Part shown: in pieces, positions 12,801 to 18,359 of the stretch
Position numbering within the stretch: the stretch's first letter is position 1
Layout: the number at the start of each line of letters is the position of its first letter
Source of the DNA: Candidatus Woesearchaeota archaeon
Lineage (GTDB): Archaea > Nanobdellota > Nanobdellia > Woesearchaeales > DSVV01
Assembly (NCBI GenBank): GCA_018657385.1
Contig: JABHXF010000023.1
Coordinates: 1,297 to 65,296, forward strand
Reading direction: 5' to 3'
DNA length: 64,000 bases
The notes under the pieces: model-generated
Seen by the model: the letters and a program-made list of their open reading frames with translations, nothing else
Databases searched by the model: none
Told to the model about the DNA's origin: nothing
Program-made: the position numbers and the translations under genes

Positions 12801-13497
12801 TAATAGTGATTGTAGCTCTGGATATTGTAATGTGGGGACTTGTCAACAACCAACTTGTGATGATGGTATTAAGAATGGGGTTGAAATTGGTGTTGATTGT
12901 GGTGGAAGTTGTTTAGGTGAATGTGATATTCCAGTTGGTGGGGAAGTAGATGAAGATTGTTATGATGGTATAAAAAATCAAGATGAAGAAGGAATTGATT
13001 GTGGTGGTGCTTGTAGTAATTGTGAAGAAGCACCAGAACCAGTTGAACCTAAGGATGATTCATCATTCTGGTGGGTATGGTTAATTTTATTATTAATTAT
13101 TACAGGTCTTGCAGGTGGAGGGTATTATTATTATCAAAGTGTTTTCCTAAAACACACACCATTGAATAAGACGCAAACAAGAGCACAACAAATTCAACAA
13201 TCTCAAAGAACTCAACAACCACAACAAGTATGGGGTTCTACAAAAAAATCTCAAAGACAAAGAGTAACTTCCTCTATTTCACCAACTAAATCAACTCTAC
13301 AATCAATCTCACAAAGTTTAGGGGCTACATCTAATACTTTTTCTAAACCAAGTTATAGTAAAAGAAGACAACAAAAACAAAACAAAAGAAATGCAATTTT
13401 AAAAGCATTTGATGAAAAACCTAAAAAGAATGAAAGCAAAATCAAATTAAAATTAAAAGATCTGGATGATAAGTCACCAAAGACTAAGAAAAAATAA
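6817..13497 (+). CDS. Giant mosaic surface adhesin-like protein (2226 aa) with C-terminal TM anchor and cytoplasmic Q/S/K-rich tail
   Basis: 6.7-kb ORF with signal MKFKKGLILIVLVLAILIPFSLA. DNDEDG/DEDGDG acidic loops flanked by Cys lie at 7195-7360. Six modules each start with D-x-[TK/SA/TQ]-P/F-type boundaries (DITPP, DIKPP, DTTPP, DNSAP, DTTQF, DVTPP) across ~9540-12540. An FN3-like segment lies at 12271-12520. Four CGG-type Cys repeats lie at 12568-13029. The TM helix FWWVWLILLLIITGLAGGGYYYY lies at 13066-13134, followed by a ~120-aa basic tail. Confidence 0.85.
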   Translation: MKFKKGLILIVLVLAILIPFSLAEQCYIPSAKTCETIDEDFTLEMCENTVEDGGAEGKIAVDECDTGCCCEFHQLDDSYTASTGYFKETCTEISNNLFFKDIPWVTLCEQQCQELTDILQAEGGLPACMDSIDNDEDGLIDMADIDCLSKEDTSEHPSAEDTECSNTVDEDGDGLLDYFGLYEDGGSYSDYLDAGILPDPCCTKEFGVSELCDFPECDVGNNTELCTCGGNVCGFPWQIEGNEDYDYENKKDLDPYSKYVTGSYCCNGQCSFTPCGDCIEGQETFKKTAEGLETYTCECDSDGVCAYGEPVITKLGFPEYCIDSLGFDGYGMDEDEDNKPNCLDTDCFGVSCSNEPLNVENKFPGGLVIPPKTCSFDKNKYPDYFNPITAKEEPIAYYDANIETWVCCFPDSNKKSRVKDCNDDSVPDTCGECACLNSHKEAQQLTVDHVLGKQQLNISYFFACQHEDIRLKLMRCDNIPAQCGVVNGEVQLENSNLFTDISDGLTCDLLDNGIVQEDQENCLTEDGLLQPGLLTDFVGLFDNNIQTKKHYTYIMKSIYPDGIVSFSDPVHIETGNNQICFDNTGHFCIRDEDFHEDSAKYRYYCDDNNDLHGGQDADDEYICNDNEVCVEYLTGSSGKETTCQTKMPCIFCGSPFNTYGFIDNAMIDLTTFPDGFMELNKEDFNPDCTISELCYYDYTDTIKDAYEDCSRVDNCYDYRSEDACQGYAGEQNNKCLTHSCTWNATKMDLIDDLDDALSGLDINVGYCHDPDENVKNCQLCNKLSNNEVFAYCSIDMCRGFTTDDTDCYFNSTMECDSSNHLTCTNYNQGYPGNFNKIRTDCLGEYEQPLVLDIIHDQNDKPIWGTNAVKVKGNDLLGFGVCDFDESQQKCFKDGNDDNKTDPKGKKGSDITPPVTEVIAPANSDKIELKFAINDPIVDGRYHSDPEDIKTYYCFPSDNHIPEVIQDGLMEGNLPGYSDFESYNYDGDGFLTEKELGECYPNNLYKPDEDPLIPNGNGYHKVFYYSIDEAKNIEEVKSFLFNVDIKPPEITITPYVTNDLSAPYDDTQILFSVELDESAKECYDIFEDYVGVKEINYEGGQYFQAKYTGLKDASYLYTVVCTDFLDNTINKSITVKIDADQEIQSPQPTGVLDYSPVNLEIITLKQGDCRFGQSSTFALLTSFGEPEQISTGPSLYKYTHQLSLEEQGLQKYRVMCQFPGLSGEREDEIQFVLDTTPPTTRLTDPKGNDFNTSQWYSGEHSGDMAYLQCVDEPEFGFGCDELQTHYCLQKGSLKCPTRLEFPGQEKDTSYPLYTPVNIPNIPDEQWLCYHSGELTDNNMGGLIEDKTCVKLLMDSSQGPDINVPLLKQYTDLTNPFFYGSPVLEQGITVAFLLEGEVIDGDAATSPPDNKLNIQVYPLSEDYLVGVALLTALTEEIALLEENQEFEIGDLGASELFEDIPSNNAFSQEINLMPGLNKILLEAVDRSGEWTSKEYYIMVSPFNGELLEILEPPKGVSKEKEFDLIVKTSDDLPPPEKCMLSQNKNIGYNYEMEQIEPRKFKNHFNLSGMISGIYYTTFIRCDFPGGISDETFVDIIWDNSAPAIAKFFINPSDGKEPPAVVEPPFVTNLTVVTDDKTRCKYSKTPGTDYFSMTPFDDYETKNLSYVNEHKLTNLIDGQQYTYYVRCDNGPTEPASTHISEESVLTFMVDTTQFTGFELITPEKFTSDTSIDFELHTTKQASDCTFGPEEETVDLYLMETVASGVDAFKVHYGGPISLLEGEHTFYFKCLTLSEGHVMDNYKFSIDVTPPSLAIKTDPYTSSLSTLSASWEGEEEYSEVEEYNYSIGTEPGLANIYEWDNTADLNEKENNLNLSNETTYYWNVIAMNSVGLWSDIVSSNGTYVDSTYNPGYETFEDNVAVCANSIKDLGESDLDCGGNCGSCSNGKNCEVNNDCVSSQCISGICVGSSCDDGILNQQEADIDCGGPCISCDNGMDCDVNSDCSSGYCNVGTCQQPTCDDGIKNGVEIGVDCGGSCLGECDIPVGGEVDEDCYDGIKNQDEEGIDCGGACSNCEEAPEPVEPKDDSSFWWVWLILLLIITGLAGGGYYYYQSVFLKHTPLNKTQTRAQQIQQSQRTQQPQQVWGSTKKSQRQRVTSSISPTKSTLQSISQSLGATSNTFSKPSYSKRRQQKQNKRNAILKAFDEKPKKNESKIKLKLKDLDDKSPKTKKK
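12568..13029 (+). repeat. Four tandem Cys-rich modules, consensus C-[DY]-DG-I-x-N-x-x-E-x-x-[IV]-DCGG-x-C, inside the 2226-aa ORF
   Basis: Read from the translation: ...SDLDCGGNCGSCSNGKNCEVNNDCVSSQCISGICV / CDDGILNQQEADIDCGGPCISCDNGMDCDVNSDCSSGYCNVGTC / CDDGIKNGVEIGVDCGGSCLGEC / CYDGIKNQDEEGIDCGGACSNCE. Confidence 0.8.
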
Positions 13498-13522
13498 TTA
13501 AAATATATAGAAGGTGTAAAAC

Positions 13523-13993
13523 ATGAAATCACAAGTTCAACAAATGTTTTTTTATATTTTGGCATTATTTGTAATTGGAATGATTTTATTATTGGGGATT
13601 AAGTATGTTGGAAAAATAGTAGAACAAATAGAAACAATTGATTTAGTAGAATTTAAGACTAGCTTAATTGATGATTCCGATGTTATGTTATCTAAATATG
13701 GTAGTTGGCAGAAAAAGTCATATACTGTTCCAGAAGGTGTTAAAAAAGTATGTTTTTTCACGATTAATGAAGATCAACACCCCTGTGTTGGAGATTTAGA
13801 TTTTATCATGTGCGATGCATGGAACGACGGGACACAAAATGTCATGACTATTCCTTGGTCAGATACTTCAATAAACCTTACAAAGATGACTGTTGATAGT
13901 ACAAAAGATTATTTGTGTTTTGATGCTATTGACAGAAAAATTACAATTAGGATGACAGGTAAAGGTAATGGTGTTTTAATATCAGTGCCATAA
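13523..13993 (+). CDS. Prepilin-like protein (156 aa), candidate minor pilin
   Basis: The N-terminus is MKSQVQQMFFYILALFVIGMILLLG (K-S-Q followed by a hydrophobic helix). A GGTG Shine-Dalgarno lies 8 nt upstream. The gap to the giant ORF is only 25 nt. Confidence 0.7.
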   Translation: MKSQVQQMFFYILALFVIGMILLLGIKYVGKIVEQIETIDLVEFKTSLIDDSDVMLSKYGSWQKKSYTVPEGVKKVCFFTINEDQHPCVGDLDFIMCDAWNDGTQNVMTIPWSDTSINLTKMTVDSTKDYLCFDAIDRKITIRMTGKGNGVLISVP

Positions 13994-14106
13994 CCTTATT
14001 ATATGTAATTTAATTGTGCTTAATTTAATTATCTCTATTTTTGTCATGCACAATTTAATTATGTATTGTTATTAATATTATTAAGACTAGAAAAACTAAA
14101 TACAAA

Positions 14107-15189
14107 ATGAAGCATTCTAAAAAAGCGGTAATTGAAATGCAATTCAATTGGATATTTATCTTTGTAGTTGGCTCTGTTATTTTATTGTTTTTTGTGTTTA
14201 TTGGTAAATCATACATGGAAAGTTCCAATATGAAACTATCAGGTAAAATCCTATTTGAAATAGATTCAATTATGAAAGGTGCAAGTTCATCTTCAAAATC
14301 ATCATCTGAATTAGAAATACCAAAATTGGAGTTGGGATTTACTTGTTATCCTGAATGTAGTGAAGAAGGTTGTGATTCTGGGTTTGCTATTGGAAACACG
14401 GGAGTAAATAAACCAACTCCTCATGATATTATTTTTGCCCCAAGTGAAATCAAGAGTGATTTTTTATATACATGGACCTTAGATTGGACATCACCATTTA
14501 GAGTTGGAAATTTTCTTTATTTAACAAGTCCATCAATAAGGTATGTATTTGTTTATAATGAGGATTATTCTATGTCTAAAACCATGGCTGAAAAAATATA
14601 TAACTTATTTTTAGATAATGAATTTATTACTGTTGATTTATACAGCGAAGAAGAATTAATGGATGACTTTGAAGCCACTAATCATAAACATGTAAGATTT
14701 GTTTTCTTTTATACATTTGAAGATGATCTTGACTTAGATATTGGCAAATCTGATTTTGATTTAGTTATTTTTAGTGATCCTAATCCAAACTTTAATGGTC
14801 ATGTATTGTTTTTAAGTGAAGATATGGCTGCAGAAACAGGTGATTTTGATGATTCTGTTGGTTATTTTGGAAAAGAATCAATGGTCGGTGCAATTTTTTC
14901 AGAAAATCAAGATTTTTTCGTTTGTAATATGCATAAGGCATTTAATAGTTTAGAAAGAATATTTGGGATTTATAAGATAAAAGCCCTTTACTTAAAGACT
15001 CAAGCAGGTGCATGCGGTGGCATTTATGAAAATTTTGCTGCCTTTCCTCTTCCTGAAAATTTTCAATATCCAAGTAGTTTTGAAGAAGGTGATTATGAGA
15101 AAATATCTAGTTTATTAAAATCTATGTCATCATCAGCAGAAAAAGCAAACAAAAATGCAATATTTAACTCATGTCCTAGACTTTATTAA
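14107..15189 (+). CDS. Prepilin-like protein (360 aa), candidate minor pilin
   Basis: The N-terminus is MKHSKKAVIEMQFNWIFIFVVGSVILLFFVFIG (K-A-V-I-E followed by a hydrophobic helix). It is co-directional with the rest of the cluster. Confidence 0.65.
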   Translation: MKHSKKAVIEMQFNWIFIFVVGSVILLFFVFIGKSYMESSNMKLSGKILFEIDSIMKGASSSSKSSSELEIPKLELGFTCYPECSEEGCDSGFAIGNTGVNKPTPHDIIFAPSEIKSDFLYTWTLDWTSPFRVGNFLYLTSPSIRYVFVYNEDYSMSKTMAEKIYNLFLDNEFITVDLYSEEELMDDFEATNHKHVRFVFFYTFEDDLDLDIGKSDFDLVIFSDPNPNFNGHVLFLSEDMAAETGDFDDSVGYFGKESMVGAIFSENQDFFVCNMHKAFNSLERIFGIYKIKALYLKTQAGACGGIYENFAAFPLPENFQYPSSFEEGDYEKISSLLKSMSSSAEKANKNAIFNSCPRLY

Positions 15190-15229
15190 CTAATTAAATT
15201 ATATCACTCAAGAAAATAATACAAGAAAA

Positions 15230-15748
15230 ATGAAAAAAACAAAATCACAATTAAAAATAGGCGAATCAATAATGGTTTTAATTATTTTTTTCATTATTTT
15301 AATGGTTGGTTTAGTTTTTTATGCTAAAGTTCAAAGTCATATTGCGATTAAGGATGCAGAGGAATTTAATGCAAAAAGAACAATTGATATGGCATTATCA
15401 GTTAAGTTTATGCCTGAACTACAATGTACTGTACAATCAACAGAACAATTTGATTGTATTGATTTATTAAAAATAAATGCTTTTAAAGCAATTATGCTAA
15501 ACACTGAAAAACAAAGTTATAGAAGATATTATGCAAGGATGTTTCCCAATGCAAAAATTACTATCAAACAATCTTTTGTTCCATTTGGAGAAGGTATTGA
15601 AGGTGGAGAAATAATGTTATTTGATAATACATATGTTGATGAGGTAAATGCATCAGGTGTAATAAAAATGTCCATACCTGTAACTATTTTTGATCCAATT
15701 AGGGATTCAAACAGCTTTGGATTTATTGTACTTGATACTTATAGTTAA
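15230..15748 (+). CDS. Prepilin-like protein (172 aa), candidate minor pilin
   Basis: The N-terminus is MKKTKSQLKIGESIMVLIIFFIILMVGLVFYA. The gap to the previous ORF is 40 nt. Confidence 0.65.
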   Translation: MKKTKSQLKIGESIMVLIIFFIILMVGLVFYAKVQSHIAIKDAEEFNAKRTIDMALSVKFMPELQCTVQSTEQFDCIDLLKINAFKAIMLNTEKQSYRRYYARMFPNAKITIKQSFVPFGEGIEGGEIMLFDNTYVDEVNASGVIKMSIPVTIFDPIRDSNSFGFIVLDTYS

Positions 15749-15806
15749 TATTAATCTCCTAATCAATAATATACCAAACTTAATATATTAAACAAGAAAA
15801 TTAAAA

Positions 15807-16406
15807 ATGAATACAACAACAAAAGCACAAACAGAAATCATGGGGTTAATGATTATTGTAGTTATTATTACATTAATTATTTTGTTTGTTATTTCTGTTG
15901 TTTATTTTAAACCAGTAGACGATCCTTTAAACAGCTTTATCCAGAAAGATCTTTCAACAGGTATAATCAGTGCTATGTTAAAAACAGATTCAGGATGTAC
16001 AAAAGATACCACACTAGAAGATTTGTTTATAGACATTACTAAAACTCCACTTGGTACAATTCAATGTACTTCTGAATTAACTAATGTTTTAAGTGCAAGA
16101 TATCCAGATAATGAATTTTGTCAAGATATTATTATGAGCCGAGGTGCTCTAGAGTGTGGTGTTTCTCAAATCTTGTATACTTTACAAATAGACATTAATC
16201 GGCCATATCATTTTAAGGTCAAAAGTAATGATAATAAATTTCTAGAAACAGATGGTCTTATTCCTTTTCCACCAAGTAAATATTTAGAAGAAGAATTTTC
16301 AAGGGCAACAAGTGTTGATGTTACTCCATATTCATTACCTCTTTATCCTAGTATCGATGTTTTAGAAATTTGGTTGTGTATAGGTGGTGAATGTCCAAAT
16401 ATTTAA
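15807..16406 (+). CDS. Prepilin-like protein (199 aa), candidate minor pilin
   Basis: The N-terminus MNTTTKAQTEIMGLMIIVVIITLIILFVISVVYF carries K-A-Q-T-E. This resembles the K-G-Q-x-S-x-E start of euryarchaeal DUF361-type pilins. Confidence 0.7.
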   Translation: MNTTTKAQTEIMGLMIIVVIITLIILFVISVVYFKPVDDPLNSFIQKDLSTGIISAMLKTDSGCTKDTTLEDLFIDITKTPLGTIQCTSELTNVLSARYPDNEFCQDIIMSRGALECGVSQILYTLQIDINRPYHFKVKSNDNKFLETDGLIPFPPSKYLEEEFSRATSVDVTPYSLPLYPSIDVLEIWLCIGGECPNI

Positions 16407-16560
16407 TATTTGTTTTAATTAAGACTTGTTTTAATTAAAATGGTTATTTAAGTTAAAGTATACATAATATTTATATATAAGGATGGTAATAATAAGGATA
16501 TAACATGGATTATTATAATATTTAATAAACATAAATAAACATAACAAATGAGGTGAAAAA

Positions 16561-16839
16561 ATGTTTAAAAAAGGAGATATATCACTTAATATGATTATTA
16601 TTGCAATAATTGCATTATTGGTGTTAGTTATTATTGCAGCTGTATTTACAGGTAGATTAGCAATGTTTAATGTTGGGATATCTGATTGTAATTCAATTAA
16701 AAATGCACAATGTATTTTTGAATGTGGTGATGGTTTTGTGGCACATCCAACAGGTAAATGTTTAGATGATGGAAAGAAAGTTCCAGATGTAAAATGTTGT
16801 ATTCCTGTGGATTATTCAGAAATAGATGAATATTCTTGA
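16561..16839 (+). CDS. Small prepilin-like protein (92 aa, six Cys), candidate major pilin
   Basis: The N-terminus is MFKKGDISLNMIIIAIIALLVLVIIAAVFTG (K-G-D followed by a hydrophobic helix). A strong SD (GAGGTGA) lies 6 nt upstream. It has its own AT-rich upstream region with TATA-like ATTTATATATA (~16470) and a T-rich tract right after the stop. The short globular part has 6 Cys, including VKCCIPV. Confidence 0.7.
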   Translation: MFKKGDISLNMIIIAIIALLVLVIIAAVFTGRLAMFNVGISDCNSIKNAQCIFECGDGFVAHPTGKCLDDGKKVPDVKCCIPVDYSEIDEYS

Positions 16840-16880
16840 TTGTTTTTTTCTTTTATTCTATTTTATTTAATTCTTTTTTA
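16840..16880 (+). terminator. Oligo-T tract candidate terminator after the small pilin gene
   Basis: TTGTTTTTTTCTTTTATTCTATTTTATTTAATTCTTTTTT lies directly after the stop codon. Archaeal termination commonly uses T-runs. Confidence 0.4.
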
Positions 16881-16948
16881 ACAATTTTCAATAAATTTTA
16901 ATTATTTGTTACTTTAATTTTAAATACTACCTCTATTTCCCTTATTGG

Positions 16949-17836
16949 ATGAAAAGAAAAGTAATCACACTTTCTGATACTACATTTGTTATAACCTTAC
17001 CATTAGACTGGATAAGAAAATATGATATTAAAAAAGGTGATTATATTGATTTAAGTCAAATTAATGATGATTTATTGGTTAGTGTTGACTCAATACCATT
17101 AAAAAAGAATATTAAGATTGATATCTCTAATTTAACAGAACGTGTGATTAGGTGGCAATTATCAGCATTGCATAAATCAGGTTATGACCATATTGAAATT
17201 TTATATGCTAACAAAGATCAGGAAAAACTCATATATGAATTAATGAAGAATTTGTTTACTGGTTTTAACATTCTTTCTGAAACAGCTAATTGTTTAATAT
17301 TAAGATCAATTGCTAAAGAAGATAAGCAGGAATTTGATGCTGCTTTGAGAAGAGCATTTAGAATCACTTTGTTAATGGGTAATGAATTACTTGATTGTTT
17401 TAAAAAAAGAGAAATTAATGAACATATTAAAGAAAAAGAATTAATTAATAACCAATTAACTAATTTTTGTCAAAGATTAATAAATAAACATAATTATGGT
17501 GGCAATAAAGCTACCTTTCTTTATGCAATTATTTGGAATTTAGAAAAAGTATGTGATAACTATAAATATATTTTTGATACTATCAATACAATTGAAGATC
17601 TAATTGAACCAAATATATTAGAGGTATTTGAATTAATTAATGAATATTTAAATGATTATTACAACTTATTTTATGAATTTGAATTAACAAAGTTAAATAA
17701 AATTAATCAAAAACAAAATCTCATCAAAGAAAAGATTAAAAATATTCAGAAAAAAGATGAAATATTAAATCATTTGCAGGTATTAATGACTCAGATTACA
17801 GATTTTTCAGCTTCAATAATTGCCTTGAATAGTTGA
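16949..17836 (+). CDS. AbrB/SpoVT-domain plus PhoU-like regulator (archaeal phosphate-uptake-regulator-type architecture)
   Basis: The N-terminus KRKVITLSDTTFVITLPLDWIRKYDIKKGDYIDL is typical of the AbrB/SpoVT swapped-hairpin fold. The rest is helical and PhoU-like (ALRRAFRITLLMGNELLD...). Confidence 0.55.
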   Translation: MKRKVITLSDTTFVITLPLDWIRKYDIKKGDYIDLSQINDDLLVSVDSIPLKKNIKIDISNLTERVIRWQLSALHKSGYDHIEILYANKDQEKLIYELMKNLFTGFNILSETANCLILRSIAKEDKQEFDAALRRAFRITLLMGNELLDCFKKREINEHIKEKELINNQLTNFCQRLINKHNYGGNKATFLYAIIWNLEKVCDNYKYIFDTINTIEDLIEPNILEVFELINEYLNDYYNLFYEFELTKLNKINQKQNLIKEKIKNIQKKDEILNHLQVLMTQITDFSASIIALNS

Positions 17837-17865
17837 CTAGACAATTTTAAACTGGCAAATTTTGA

Positions 17866-18282
17866 TTATCTTTTTGCATTTATGCAAAGTTTTACACCAC
17901 ATGCTAAGCATTTTTTGAATAAATAGGTGCCTTCTCTTATTAATTTAGTCTCTGGTTTTCCACATTCTTCACAAAATACATATTCTACTGCATATTTTTC
18001 TATTTTTTCATTAATTCTACTTGCTGGAACTTTAGCACCAAAAATAATTCCATTTTTTTTCAAATCTCCTGGTGTTGCAAGTTCTTTTAGAATAAATTTA
18101 AACATATGTTCTACTGGCCTATTGAATGTTTGAGCAATTTGATGGAAATTACTAATGATTGTTGTATTTCCTTGTATGTGTCCTCTTACTTTTGGAACTT
18201 CAAATCTAGTTTTAATATCCCTTATTTCTGGCAATTTTTTATATGCGCCTTCTAACATATCTTCATAATTGTTTGAACTCAT
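17866..18282 (-). CDS. eif2b: Translation initiation factor aIF2 beta subunit
   Basis: Contains RFEVPKVRGHIQGNTTIISNFHQIAQTFNRPVEHMFKFILKELATPG and the C-terminal zinc ribbon CEECGKPET...CLACG. Confidence 0.9.
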   Translation of the reverse strand: MSSNNYEDMLEGAYKKLPEIRDIKTRFEVPKVRGHIQGNTTIISNFHQIAQTFNRPVEHMFKFILKELATPGDLKKNGIIFGAKVPASRINEKIEKYAVEYVFCEECGKPETKLIREGTYLFKKCLACGVKLCINAKR

Positions 18283-18306
18283 TTTATACTAAGGTGCAAA
18301 GGTTGC

Positions 18307-18335
18307 TTTATAAATCTTTTCAAAAGATTTATAAA
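18307..18335. promoter_or_regulatory. Bidirectional promoter: a 29-nt perfect palindrome carrying two TTTATAAA TATA boxes
   Basis: The sequence is TTTATAAATCTTTT-C-AAAAGATTTATAAA. The outer edges are each 25 nt from the divergent ATGs at 18282 (-) and 18360 (+). Confidence 0.65.
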
Positions 18336-18359
18336 ATAGCTTCTTGGTAATACAAGTAT

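Noticed and set aside
13030-13140. PEP-CTERM/PGF-CTERM-like sorting signal (APEPVEP followed by a TM helix) in the 2226-aa protein.
   Set aside because: Exosortase and archaeosortase signals sit at the extreme C-terminus, followed by only a few basic residues. Here ~120 further residues follow the helix, so it is more likely a conventional type-I anchor.
16410-16438. Possible CRISPR-like or other interspaced repeat array (also considered for 59248-59367).
   Set aside because: There are only two 13-nt copies at 16410. The 59248 array is contiguous with no spacers, in frame and coding. No repeat-spacer architecture or cas genes occur anywhere in the window.
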